Source of the DNA: a plasmid
Direction: 5' to 3' (one strand)
Sequence record: NZ_CP025692.1
DNA length: 55,589 nucleotides
In this document: positions 9,082 through 19,235 of the stretch, in pieces
How positions within the stretch are numbered: position 1 is the stretch's first letter
Layout of the letters: each line of letters begins with the position of its first letter
The notes under the pieces: generated by a model
What the model was told of the DNA's origin: nothing
The model's input: the letters and a program-made list of their open reading frames with translations, nothing else
The model's database searches: none
Position numbers and translations under genes: made by a program

Positions 9082-11142
9082 ATGGCAATATTTCATATGA
9101 GTTTTAGTAATATTAGTGCTGGAAAAGGACGAAGTGCCATTGCCAGTGCCGCTTATCGAAGTGGTGAAAAATTATTTGATGATAAAGAAGGCCGCCACTA
9201 TTTTTATGCCCGCTCGGTTATGCCAGAAAGCTTTATTTTAACTCCAAAAAATGCACCAGAATGGGCCAGTAATCGAGAACAATTATGGAATGAAGTTGAA
9301 AAGAAAGATCGTAAATCAAACTCACGGTATGCAAAAGAATTTAACGTAGCTTTACCGGTAGAATTAAGTGAATCTGAACAGAAAGAATTACTGACAAAAT
9401 ATGTTCAAGAAAATTTTGTCGATCAAGGTATGGTGGCTGATGTGGCAATTCATCGCGATCACCAAGATAATCCGCACGCACATGTGATGTTAACTAACCG
9501 CCCATTTACCCCCGATGGTAGTTGGGGATTAAAAGCAAAGACGCAGTACATTAAAGATGAAAATGGCAAGCAACTTTTAACCAAAAGCGGGTTTCCAAAA
9601 CAAAGAAAAATTTGGTTAGTTGATTGGGATAAAAGGGAAAAAATTAATGAGTGGCGAAAAAATTGGGCGTTGAGTGTTAATCAGTTCTTAGCACAAAAAA
9701 ATATTTCGGATCGGATTAGTGAAAAATCGTTTGTCGATCAAGGGATTCAAGAGACACCTACCCAACACGAAGGCATTAACAGCCAGAGAAAAAATCGAAA
9801 AGCATTTAATCAACAAGTTAGAGCTCAAAGAAACGCTCAAGCTAAATATCATAATCTTGACGAAAAGATAAGAAATCATGAACATTTTGACGCGTTAACT
9901 GACGAGCTATCGTTCTCTGAAAAACACACAATTGGTCATCTAAGTCAGCAACTGAAAACCTATGTCGATTTAGAACATTTAGATGATAAACAGCGCATGC
10001 TGTTTAATTGGAAAAACAGCTTATTAATTAAACATACCGTTGGTGAAGATGTAACCAAACAACTGCTGACTATTGACCAGCAAACGACATCGCTAGCACA
10101 AGCTAACCAGTTGTTAAATAAAGTGGTGGAACGAGCAACGAAAAAGCTTTATCCGGAACTTGATTTTGAACAGACAACCGCGGCTGAACGTCGGGAACTG
10201 ATTAAAGAAACTAATAGTGAACAAACGATTTTCAAAGGTAGCGAATTGGCAGAACGGTTAGCGGATATTCGAAACGACTTATTAACCCAGCAATTATTGA
10301 CGTTTACCAAGCGGCCATATACCAGTTGGCAGTTAGTTAATCAGCAAGCCCAAACAATTGAGAAGCAATTAACCACGGTGCTAGCCAAACATGGTCACCA
10401 GTTAGACGATTTGAAGCATACTGATCGGGGCATGCTAGCCGCTTATCAACCTAACGAACTCGAATTCATTTCTAAAGCGGTGAAAGATTTACGGGTCATG
10501 CGGGAAGTTAAAGCCGTGGTGCAAACCCAATACGACAGCATTCTAACGACTGCTTTTCCGGACAGTGACCTGGATAAGCTAGAGACGATTGACAAGGAGC
10601 AAATTTATACGGCTGTGGTTTACTATGATCCAGAATTAAAGCCATTAGATGCAAACCAGCTTAGTCAATTACAACAGCAGCCACCGGTAGTCTTTACTAG
10701 TCAGCAACACCAAGCTGGTTTGAATTACCTGTTAGGTAAAATGGAATTAAAAGATATTCAGGATCATCGACTGCAACGGGTCTTAAAACATGATGGCACC
10801 CGGCAACTGTTTCTCGGTGAATGTGGCCAAGATCCTAAGCTTGATCAAAAACAAATTGAAATGGTACAAACCCGTTTGAAACAACAGGCAATGCGGTTTG
10901 ATCAATATAAGCAAGCTCAAGTTAAGGACTATCAGGCCATTAATTACCACCCAACTAGCCCGAAAAATTACCTGATGAATATTTTGGACGAAGCCTTAAT
11001 GACCACTTTATATGCGAAAAATACAGACTATCTAAGAAAACAGCAACTACGTGGACTAAATGATACCGAGTGGGCAATGACGAAAAAGCAGCGGCAACAC
11101 CAAACTCGAAACCGGCATGAAGATGGGGGCATGCACTTGTAA
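9082..11142 (+). CDS. mobA: MOBQ-type relaxase (MobA/MobL family)
   Basis: [29 protein letters not shown] and the 3-His motif [29 protein letters not shown] precedes the ATG at 9082. Confidence 0.9.
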   Translation: MAIFHMSFSNISAGKGRSAIASAAYRSGEKLFDDKEGRHYFYARSVMPESFILTPKNAPEWASNREQLWNEVEKKDRKSNSRYAKEFNVALPVELSESEQKELLTKYVQENFVDQGMVADVAIHRDHQDNPHAHVMLTNRPFTPDGSWGLKAKTQYIKDENGKQLLTKSGFPKQRKIWLVDWDKREKINEWRKNWALSVNQFLAQKNISDRISEKSFVDQGIQETPTQHEGINSQRKNRKAFNQQVRAQRNAQAKYHNLDEKIRNHEHFDALTDELSFSEKHTIGHLSQQLKTYVDLEHLDDKQRMLFNWKNSLLIKHTVGEDVTKQLLTIDQQTTSLAQANQLLNKVVERATKKLYPELDFEQTTAAERRELIKETNSEQTIFKGSELAERLADIRNDLLTQQLLTFTKRPYTSWQLVNQQAQTIEKQLTTVLAKHGHQLDDLKHTDRGMLAAYQPNELEFISKAVKDLRVMREVKAVVQTQYDSILTTAFPDSDLDKLETIDKEQIYTAVVYYDPELKPLDANQLSQLQQQPPVVFTSQQHQAGLNYLLGKMELKDIQDHRLQRVLKHDGTRQLFLGECGQDPKLDQKQIEMVQTRLKQQAMRFDQYKQAQVKDYQAINYHPTSPKNYLMNILDEALMTTLYAKNTDYLRKQQLRGLNDTEWAMTKKQRQHQTRNRHEDGGMHL

Positions 11143-11225
11143 TCTAAATGTAAAATTAAAAGTGCACCAACGTGCTCATTTAATGGCACAATGAACCCAT
11201 AATATAGGGAAAGGAGTATTCACAT

Positions 11226-11537
11226 GTGACAAAGAAACAGGAATGGTTTAGCTTAGCTCAAGCTAGTCTCAAGCTTGAACGAGGTAGTACGTACGTGAGT
11301 GTTTGGTTAAGACGGCACCCTAACGAGTTGCCAAGTGAAATGCTCATGGAAACGGGCAAAGTTAAATTAATATCTGAAGATGGCATTGAATGGATTAAAA
11401 ACCACATAAAAAAAGAGGGCGTTCTCGTAAACAGTGAAGTTGCTAACGGGGATCAGCACCTGGAAGTTACGATTCTAGGTGTCACCCTCCTAACAATCCA
11501 TTTTACCGGGCGGGTTAGGGGAAAGCTAGTTGTTTAG
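11226..11537 (+). CDS. hypothetical protein (GTG start), probably truncated at the ISL3 end
   Basis: 103-aa ORF ending exactly at the ISL3 terminal IR. The last roughly 30 residues look like read-through. Confidence 0.3.
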   Translation: MTKKQEWFSLAQASLKLERGSTYVSVWLRRHPNELPSEMLMETGKVKLISEDGIEWIKNHIKKEGVLVNSEVANGDQHLEVTILGVTLLTIHFTGRVRGKLVV

Positions 11538-11991
11538 GCTCTTCGTCAAGTAGAGTTGATAGATCTTTTGTGAAGCATCTAGGCCTTAATTGGTCTAGGT
11601 GCTTTTATTATGCTGCTGCCTTGCTGCTCTTAGCTCTGAACCTAACCCGTTCCAGGAATATACGATTGATGAAATTGTTCCAATTCGTATAGCCGTACGC
11701 AGTGTTCTTAATCTTCTTGATGATGCCGTTAATACCCTCAAGGAAGCCATTTGAGTACTCATAGCGTAATGCATTGATGACTTGTCTCTTGTACTTCTTT
11801 AACGTTTTGATAGACTGATCCATTCGGTTTCCTAATGATCGATAGCTCTCTAGTGCGGCTGCGAGTGCTGACGCATCACGCTTTCTAACCGCTCCTATAA
11901 TCTCCTGGTAGACTTCATATGCTGCCCGGAACTCCGGGCTCAGGTCTAAGCTCTTGGCGACCAGATTTATAGACTTACTTGTAAGGGACAT
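11538..11991 (-). pseudogene. ISL3-family transposase C-terminal remnant with terminal IR
   Basis: ...GFLEGINGIIKKIKNTAYGYTNWNNFINRI... is an ISL3 C-terminus. The IR GGCTCTTCGTCAAGTAGAGTTGATAGA is at 11538. Confidence 0.7.
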
Positions 11992-12133
11992 TACACAAAC
12001 TCCTATTCTCTATTCTTTGGTCGGGACAGTGAACGAGCAGAAAGTGTAATGTCCTTTTTGCGCGTTCAAATATAGAAATGGTATAGAAAAAGGAGTTGGT
12101 AGGCAAGCTACCTATCAACTCCAAATATCGTAG

Positions 12134-12462
12134 CGCCCTTTTAATGGTCCGGTGCACAGCTTTACTGTGGACCGTGGCACTGAGTTTAGTGGGCTAGTAT
12201 CACTTGAATCACAATATGGTATTAAGACCTATTACTGCCATGCTTATACGCCAGCTGAACGTGGTAGTAATGAACGCTGTAATCGGAATTTACGTTATTT
12301 TTATCCTAAAGGGACTCGTTTTGAGCACATTAGTGCTCAAGATTTAACGACGACGTTACTCCAAATTAACCAGCGACCGCTTAAAATACTCGACTGGCAA
12401 ACACCGTATCAGGTTATGCTGACAAATTTGTCCAAAAATTCGGATTAAATTTGCAATCTACC
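12134..12462 (+). pseudogene. right-hand ~330-bp remnant of an ISLpl1-type IS30 element, including the terminal IR
   Basis: The 98-aa ORF is near-identical to the C-terminus of the transposase at 50296-51225. It ends in TAAATTTGCAATCTACC. Confidence 0.8.
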
Positions 12463-12542
12463 TAACACCAATTAACACACTGGCTAAAAGTGATACTGGT
12501 ACGGTCTCACTCATTCCCAAATAGACAAAGGAGGATTTTAAA

Positions 12543-13382
12543 ATGACAGAAATTATTCAATCAGCTATTTCACACTTTTTCGAATGGCTACTGTCTGGTT
12601 TGTTAGATGGTTTATTCAACATCTGTAAGGCAATCATTGACCAAGCCAATCAAAGTTTGCCAATTGTTAAAACGTGGTATGCCATCTTCCTGTCCTTTGC
12701 GACATCGTTAGTCGTTGTGGTTGTTCTTGGGCGTATTGTGATGACAATTATAAAAGAGGCGGACGAAAGTACCGATGTGACTTGGGCTAATATCATCATG
12801 GACGGGATTAAATCAGCGGCCGTGATTCCGGTTTTCGTGTTTTTACAGGGCTTTATTCAAGGTTCAATTACCTTGCCCCTGCTAAAGTATATGTTTAGTT
12901 CTGATCAGAAATTCACTGCTAAATCAATTACCGGCATGAATAAAGTTCCTGGGCTAAAAGATGTTGGCATTTCGCTACCCTTACAGATTTTGTTTCTTCT
13001 AATCTTCACTGTCGTAACCGTCGTGTTCTTTATCAAGATGTGTGTGTTTGTGGCTGATATGGCTTGGTATAACCTGACAATTCCTTTAGCTGCAATGAGC
13101 ATGGCGACCGAAAGCTTTGATTACAGTGGCACGTGGTGGAAGAAGTACATTTATTACAATGCTTCTATTATTAGCCAGGTGCTTTGTATGTCACTATCAG
13201 TATGGTGTTTCACTAATATGGCTAAATACGGGTTTATTGCTTTTATTGCTTCAATCGGATTCGGTTTTCTGGTGGTCAAAACACCTGACGCCGTTAAAGA
13301 CTTTTGGGCTTCAACCGGTGTGACTAAAAGTGCTGGTATGGGTGCCATGAGAATGTTTCAAAATTATTTCCGTAGCCACTAG
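12543..13382 (+). CDS. polytopic membrane protein, VirB6/TrbL-like conjugative channel candidate
   Basis: 279 aa with about 6 TMS and a large loop. It sits in a conjugation-gene context next to the topoisomerase III gene. Confidence 0.35.
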   Translation: MTEIIQSAISHFFEWLLSGLLDGLFNICKAIIDQANQSLPIVKTWYAIFLSFATSLVVVVVLGRIVMTIIKEADESTDVTWANIIMDGIKSAAVIPVFVFLQGFIQGSITLPLLKYMFSSDQKFTAKSITGMNKVPGLKDVGISLPLQILFLLIFTVVTVVFFIKMCVFVADMAWYNLTIPLAAMSMATESFDYSGTWWKKYIYYNASIISQVLCMSLSVWCFTNMAKYGFIAFIASIGFGFLVVKTPDAVKDFWASTGVTKSAGMGAMRMFQNYFRSH

Positions 13383-13397
13383 AAGGGAGAAATAGTT

Positions 13398-13808
13398 ATG
13401 AAGAAAATCGCACACTGGTTATTGGAAAAAGCCAAAAAAGATATGCGAACCGACCCTTTTACAACACCTTCCCGGCGGACTAAGCTGTCTTACTATTTTG
13501 ATACCTTAGTTAGTATGATCTTCTATTTAATGGGAATTTACCTCCTATTAACGGATTTATACCAAGAGTTTTTCACGTCAAACCAAACCGATTTTTTAGG
13601 AACAGCGCTAATGGCCTTAGTTTTACTGCTTGGGGGCCTATTGTTTCGCTGGTCAGCCATTGCAGATCTCAAAGCCATCAAACGGTATCAACAATATTTG
13701 AAACAACAATCGATAGACCAGCAACAAGAATTGCGCCGTGAAGTTTGGTTAAATGCAGCTGAACAAGGTAAAACAGAATTAGAACAGAAACTTAATCACA
13801 AGGAGTGA
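13398..13808 (+). CDS. membrane / coiled-coil protein of unknown function
   Basis: Two TMS followed by a Gln/Glu-rich coiled coil. RBS GGGAG precedes the ATG. Confidence 0.4.
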   Translation: MKKIAHWLLEKAKKDMRTDPFTTPSRRTKLSYYFDTLVSMIFYLMGIYLLLTDLYQEFFTSNQTDFLGTALMALVLLLGGLLFRWSAIADLKAIKRYQQYLKQQSIDQQQELRREVWLNAAEQGKTELEQKLNHKE

Positions 13809-13814
13809 ACGAAC

Positions 13815-15950
13815 ATGACCACTGTTATCTTAGCTGAAAAACCCAGTCAAGCCCGTTCATACGTCCAAGCCTTTCAAAAGAGCACAAAAAAACAGGGTTA
13901 CTATACGGTTAGCGACCCTGTTTTGCCCGCAAATACGCTTGTCACGTATGGTCTCGGACATTTAGTTGAACTAGCCACACCGGATAAATATGATCAGAAA
14001 TATCAGCAATGGGCCCTATCTAATTTACCGATTTTCCCCAACAAATACAAGTTTGAAGTGTCAGCTAGCAAAAGAACGCAATTCAAGATCGTTAAAGACC
14101 TGTTAACGAAGGCCGATACCATTATTGTTGCCACCGATAGTGGCCGAGAGGGTTCTAATATTGCCTGGTCGATCATGAGCCAAGCCCAGATTGACGTTAA
14201 AAAGAAGACCATTAAGCGGCTATGGTTGAATAGCCTAGAAAAAGACGCGATTATTACCGGATTCAAAAATCTTGGTGATTGGCACAAAGATTATTTGGCT
14301 TATAAAGAAGCCCAAACTCGTCAAATTAGCGATTGGCTGATCGGTATGAATGGTAGTCCCTTATATACTTTATTGTTGAGACAAAATGGGGTGCGCGGGG
14401 TGTATTCAATTGGCCGAGTGCAGACGCCAACCTTGTATATGGTTTATCAAAGGGACCAGGCAATCAAAAACTTTAAGCCAGAACCTTATTTTGAACTAAA
14501 TGCGGAAATTTTAGCTAATCAGCAAAAATTTGTCGCAAAATTAGACCCCTATCAGCGATTTAAAGACGAAACAGGGCTAATGACATTCATGCAGGCTAAA
14601 CACGTTCAGAAAGGCTCACAGGGCGGTTTTATCAAGGACGTCCAAAAACAAGGCAAAAAGCGTGCTAGTCCCCAACTATTCTCGCTATCCAGTCTCCAGA
14701 GTGCCATGAATAAACGTTATCACGCTAGCGCCAGCCAAACCTTAGCGGCCATTCAAAGTTTATATGAAGCCAAGTTGCTGAGTTATCCCCGAACGGATTG
14801 TGCTTATATCACTGATGAAGAATTTGATTATTTAGTGGCTAATCTGACGAAGTATCTGGGTTTGGTCTCTAAGCCAGTCGCTTTAACCAATACCACTCCG
14901 AATAAACGCTATGTTGATGGGAAAAAAGTTGAAGAACACTATGCCATTATTATGACTAAAGTCGTCCCGACGAAAGAGAAGCTGGCCAGCTTGCCTAAAT
15001 TACAGCAACAAGTCTACGACCTGGTTTTAAGAACAACGTTAGCGATGTTTGCTGATCCGTACGAGTACGAAGAAACCACCATTATTACCCAGGTCGGCGA
15101 TGCTAATTTTAAAGCAACCGGTAAGGTCCCAACTAAGCAAGGTTGGCAAGCTTTATTTGATGAAACCAAAACCGAGCAGCAAGAAGTAGCAACTTTACCG
15201 CTCGTTCACCAAGGCGATCAAGTCCAAGCAAATCTGCAAACACCGCAAAAAGAAACGACACCACCGGTGCCCTTTACCGAAGGTACCTTAATTACGGCAA
15301 TGAAGACGGCCGGTAAAACACTTGATGATGAAGAAGCCCAAGCGATTCTTAAAGATGTGCAAGGCATTGGAACGAGTGCAACCCGGGCCAATGTGCTGGA
15401 AGTGTTAAAGAAGCGCGGCTATTTAGTTACTGAAAAGAACAAGCTCCACGTCAGTGAAGCGGGGATTACTTTATGTAAAGCGGTTGAACTCGAACCCTTG
15501 TTAACTAGCCCAGAGATGACAGCAAAATGGGAGCAAGCGTTACAACAAATCAGTACCGAAGAACGCACCCCGGATAACTTTTTGAACCAAATCAAAAAGT
15601 TCGTGGAAAAATTGATTGCTGATGTTCCCACGCAATTAACTGGCAGTGCAGCCATTAAACAACAAATTGATCATCAACAGCAAGCGCAAAAAGTTGCCGA
15701 GGTGTTCTTAGAAACACCACAAGTAACTGTCATAAATAAACAAAAGTTTTACATTGTGAAACCCAAGCAAGGCGAGGACTTTACCCTACCCAAGAAATGG
15801 AGTAGCAAGACGCTTGGTAAGACCGCAATTAAAGCGCTGGTCACCAAGGGGGAAACCAGCAAATTAAAGGGTTTCAAGAGTAAAAAAGGAAAGTCGTTTG
15901 ACGCCAAGTTAAAGCTTGACGGCCATAAATTAAGTTTTGATTTTGATTAG
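13815..15950 (+). CDS. topB: DNA topoisomerase III (type IA), TraI/TopB-like conjugation-associated
   Basis: Toprim start MTTVILAEKPSQA plus Topo IA core motifs, 711 aa. Confidence 0.9.
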   Translation: MTTVILAEKPSQARSYVQAFQKSTKKQGYYTVSDPVLPANTLVTYGLGHLVELATPDKYDQKYQQWALSNLPIFPNKYKFEVSASKRTQFKIVKDLLTKADTIIVATDSGREGSNIAWSIMSQAQIDVKKKTIKRLWLNSLEKDAIITGFKNLGDWHKDYLAYKEAQTRQISDWLIGMNGSPLYTLLLRQNGVRGVYSIGRVQTPTLYMVYQRDQAIKNFKPEPYFELNAEILANQQKFVAKLDPYQRFKDETGLMTFMQAKHVQKGSQGGFIKDVQKQGKKRASPQLFSLSSLQSAMNKRYHASASQTLAAIQSLYEAKLLSYPRTDCAYITDEEFDYLVANLTKYLGLVSKPVALTNTTPNKRYVDGKKVEEHYAIIMTKVVPTKEKLASLPKLQQQVYDLVLRTTLAMFADPYEYEETTIITQVGDANFKATGKVPTKQGWQALFDETKTEQQEVATLPLVHQGDQVQANLQTPQKETTPPVPFTEGTLITAMKTAGKTLDDEEAQAILKDVQGIGTSATRANVLEVLKKRGYLVTEKNKLHVSEAGITLCKAVELEPLLTSPEMTAKWEQALQQISTEERTPDNFLNQIKKFVEKLIADVPTQLTGSAAIKQQIDHQQQAQKVAEVFLETPQVTVINKQKFYIVKPKQGEDFTLPKKWSSKTLGKTAIKALVTKGETSKLKGFKSKKGKSFDAKLKLDGHKLSFDFD

Positions 15951-16071
15951 AACCTGCCTACCGCCCTACACTACGTTCCGGTTGGTGAACCCGTTGTTTA
16001 GGTTCACTTTTATAAAGCAAAAAGTAAACCTGAACAACGGGTGAGATTAACAAAGCAAAGGAGATCATAAA

Positions 16072-16287
16072 ATGAACAACGAATTAGCAGTTTTAGCCAG
16101 TGAATTACCCGTTTTGCAGGCTAAAGGAACCTACAAGTATTTAAAAGAAATCACTGGTAACGGCGCTTATTATCAAGTGGCCTGGCAAAAATTGTCTGAC
16201 GGTTACGTTGCCCTTTATGGCACGACCCCGATTCAAATAAGATCATTGCCAACATTGAATGATATTTTTGAAGATGAGGAGGGGTAA
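16072..16287 (+). CDS. hypothetical small protein upstream of ardC
   Basis: 71 aa, translationally coupled to the next gene. Confidence 0.4.
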   Translation: MNNELAVLASELPVLQAKGTYKYLKEITGNGAYYQVAWQKLSDGYVALYGTTPIQIRSLPTLNDIFEDEEG

Positions 16288-16290
16288 CTT

Positions 16291-17415
16291 ATGCCAAATA
16301 AAGCAGATGTTAAGGCTTGGAAAGCACAATTAGTCGCCCAGGCTGAACAGCAAATCCTAAAATTAACTGATAGTGACCAATTTAAAAAGTATCTCAATAC
16401 CCTGGCTAAATTTCATCGTTATAGCGCCAGAAACATTGATTTAATTTATGCGCAAAATCCTCAATCCACTCAAGTCGCCGGTTTTAAGCAATGGCAGAAG
16501 GCTTTTAACCGCACCGTCAACCGGGGCGCAAAAGCGATTCGGATTGCGGCTCCGATCATTAAGAAGCTAACACCAGCCGAACAGAAGCATCTTGATACCA
16601 CCGATGAGCGCGCCATTGTCGGTTATCGCTATCTACCCGTCTTTGATGTGGCACAAACTAGCGGTGAACCAGTGTTAAGTGCCAAGGATTTTGTCAAAGA
16701 AAATTTGGCCGATCATCAGAATGTGACAAGCTTGTATAACGCATTCAAGGACTATCTAAACCAGCAAACCGACCTTAAAGTCAGTGAAGTGCCTTTAGCG
16801 ACGCTAAATGGGGCTAAGGGGTATTTTCAACCCAGCACTAATGAAATCGTCATTGGTGGCGATGAGCCCGATAATGCTTTAAAATTGAAGACGTTATATC
16901 ATGAATATGCGCATAGCCAGCTACACGGATTAAAATCAGCCTTTAAAGATCGGCCACGAGCCTATCAGGAAACCCAAGCCGAAGCGATCGCGTATGTTGC
17001 CATGCAAAATATTGGCGTTGATACCAGCAACTACTCACTCGGTTACGTGGCCACCTGGGCCAAAGATAAAGCCGTAATCCATAGCGCTTTAAGTGAGATT
17101 CAGCAAGTGAGCAACAAAGTGATTGAACTTAGCGATGGCTTAACCAAACAATTAGGCTTACAAGAAGCCCCAAAAGAGCCTGAGCATGATCTAAAAAAGC
17201 TATCAGCCCATGATCTTAATAAGTCCTATCAAGGCTTGCAAAAACAAGTTCAGCAAGCAACTAGTCCACAACAAAAAGCGCAATTAAAAAATCAGTTAAA
17301 CGATGTGCACCAAGAAATTAGTGATCGAACTCAAAAACAACTGAAAGCATTTGCTGAAGAAAATCCGGAAATCAAACAACCTGATCCTGAATACGATCAA
17401 AGTCTGAAACGTTAG
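16291..17415 (+). CDS. ardC: ArdC-like antirestriction protein (N-terminal ssDNA-binding domain plus C-terminal HExxH metalloprotease-like domain)
   Basis: ArdC N-domain-like start and HEYAHSQLH zincin motif. Confidence 0.8.
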   Translation: MPNKADVKAWKAQLVAQAEQQILKLTDSDQFKKYLNTLAKFHRYSARNIDLIYAQNPQSTQVAGFKQWQKAFNRTVNRGAKAIRIAAPIIKKLTPAEQKHLDTTDERAIVGYRYLPVFDVAQTSGEPVLSAKDFVKENLADHQNVTSLYNAFKDYLNQQTDLKVSEVPLATLNGAKGYFQPSTNEIVIGGDEPDNALKLKTLYHEYAHSQLHGLKSAFKDRPRAYQETQAEAIAYVAMQNIGVDTSNYSLGYVATWAKDKAVIHSALSEIQQVSNKVIELSDGLTKQLGLQEAPKEPEHDLKKLSAHDLNKSYQGLQKQVQQATSPQQKAQLKNQLNDVHQEISDRTQKQLKAFAEENPEIKQPDPEYDQSLKR

Positions 17416-17447
17416 CCAGCTTTTAAAGGACATGCTATAATGGAAAC

Positions 17448-17578
17448 AGAAAAGGAAGCCCCGCCGAAAACAGGACTTCCCACACAAGCCGCTTCAAAGG
17501 CGGTGGCATTAGTTAAAAAATGATAGTTGAGTCACCCTGTAACCTAGCCAAAGTTACGCAGGGCGGCTTTTTTATTTG
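17448..17578 (+). ncRNA. candidate antitoxin sRNA of Fst-like type I TA module, copy 1
   Basis: Extended -10 promoter aTGcTATAAT (17432-17441), two conserved hairpins, and an intrinsic terminator CCCTGTAACCTAGCCAAAGTTACGCAGGGCGGCTTTTTT shared with the convergent toxin gene. Confidence 0.45.
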
Positions 17579-17661
17579 TTCCTTTTGTCGATGTATGTTA
17601 GCAACGCTAAAATAAACATTGCAAACAGCAACATCAACGAGAGTGTCTGGAAGACGCTCAT
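17572..17661 (-). CDS. Fst/Ldr-like type I toxin peptide (29 aa: MSVFQTLSLMLLFAMFILALLTYIDKRNK)
   Basis: Single TMS plus charged tail. SD AGGAAGG lies upstream. The reading frame is conserved in copies 2 and 3 with conservative substitutions. Confidence 0.55.
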   Translation of the reverse strand: MSVFQTLSLMLLFAMFILALLTYIDKRNK

Positions 17662-18008
17662 TGACTGTGAAACCTTCCTGAAGATTATTCCATGTTCCCA
17701 TGGGCCTCACCTCGCAAGGGAAAAGACAGCCACCGCCCTTAAAACATTCTAAGCTTTATAGTGAATCGATTATCCGACGGGATAGTTGATTCACTATTTT
17801 AGTTTTGTTCTAAACTTTAAATAGTGGTGAAACTATATGCCGTAAGAAGTTTAGACGCTTGACGTCGTCCTTAAAACAGGCAGTTTTACTTAGTAGTTAG
17901 TATTCTCTTCGAAGAATGTCGACACTTGATGTCCAGTTTAGAAAATTAGAAATAATTACCTTAGTAAATACGTTCCAACCACTAACAGCTATTTAGGAGG
18001 GTTTAAAA

Positions 18009-19235
18009 ATGAGCATTGTCTTTGGCATAGATGTAAGTAGTCGTGATTCCAGTGTTTGTGTACTTCAGAGTGGCGTCACACGAGAATATAAGATCACTAA
18101 CGATACTATCGGCTTTAAAACTCTATTGATAGATCTAAAAGAATACGCCGAACATCCACAAATCATCTTAGAAGCAACTGGAATTTATTCACGCAGAATT
18201 ACTAGATTTTTAGATGAATACGATTATGATTATGTTCTTCTTAATCCTTTAAAGGCTAAGAAAGAAATTAATCAGGGCTTACGTCGCAATAAAACCGATC
18301 GCAATGATGCTTACCATTTGGCACTAGCTCAAGATCGAAATCAGCATCAACCTAATCGAAAAGAGCCTGAGGCTTATCATCAATTGCAATCTTTAAGTCG
18401 GGCTTATGAAGAATTAACTCACGATATTGTTTCTTCCAAGAATCGACTTCATAAATATTTACAGTTAACTTTTCCAGAATTAGAAACCATTTTCAATAAC
18501 TCTAGAGGAGTTAATTACTGGTATTTAGTTGAGCTCTTTCCACACTGCCAAGATGTTAGAAATCTTGACGTATCAACCATCGCTAAGCAAATTAAAGATT
18601 TTAAAGGTTATGGTATTAACCGTGCTCAAAAACTAGCTATTAAACTTAAGCATCTCGCGGATTTAGCTTATCCAGCAGTCGATCAAGACGACCCAGAGCG
18701 TGATGAAGTGGTTTATTACGCCAATAGATTATTACGGCTTACAGCTGATCGCGAGCGGAGATCAGAGGCAATGATTAAATTAGCTAAGACTTTGCCTAAT
18801 CGTGATCTAGAAATCTTAATGAGTATTCCTGGTATCGCTGAAATAACTGCCGTCCGAATTCTAGCCGAATTAGGCGACATTAGAAGATTCAGTAATCCAA
18901 ACAAGATAAATGCTTTTGTTGGTATTGATCCAGGTAGATATCAATCAGGGGAAAAAGATTCTAGTTTAAGGATCTCTAAGCACGGCAATGCTGTTGCGCG
19001 GAAGATTCTTTATCGTGCAATTGGACAAATCGATCTAGCGGCTAAGACTAGTCCATGTCATATAGCAGATTACTATGAACGAAAAAAGCAATTTTCTCAA
19101 ACAAAGGGGTTCAAGAAAATTGCCATTGCTTCAATCCATAAATTGCTTAGAACGGTCTACATTTTGATTATCACTGATCAAATGTATGATTACAACGTAG
19201 CCAACAATAATCAAAAAGACTTTTGTCGTAATTAA
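18009..19235 (+). CDS. IS110-family transposase (DEDD)
   Basis: MSIVFGIDVSS... N-terminus and IPGIAEITAVRILAELGDIRRF C-domain, 408 aa. Confidence 0.9.
   Translation: MSIVFGIDVSSRDSSVCVLQSGVTREYKITNDTIGFKTLLIDLKEYAEHPQIILEATGIYSRRITRFLDEYDYDYVLLNPLKAKKEINQGLRRNKTDRNDAYHLALAQDRNQHQPNRKEPEAYHQLQSLSRAYEELTHDIVSSKNRLHKYLQLTFPELETIFNNSRGVNYWYLVELFPHCQDVRNLDVSTIAKQIKDFKGYGINRAQKLAIKLKHLADLAYPAVDQDDPERDEVVYYANRLLRLTADRERRSEAMIKLAKTLPNRDLEILMSIPGIAEITAVRILAELGDIRRFSNPNKINAFVGIDPGRYQSGEKDSSLRISKHGNAVARKILYRAIGQIDLAAKTSPCHIADYYERKKQFSQTKGFKKIAIASIHKLLRTVYILIITDQMYDYNVANNNQKDFCRN

Noticed and set aside
17513-17710. 65-aa and 60-aa ORFs (17513-17710, 31843-32025) with identical N-termini MRPMGTWNNLQEGF
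   Set aside because: Their conservation tracks DNA identity only. They diverge non-conservatively and differ in length where the copies differ. The overlapping 29 to 34-aa hydrophobic frame is the one under constraint in all three copies.
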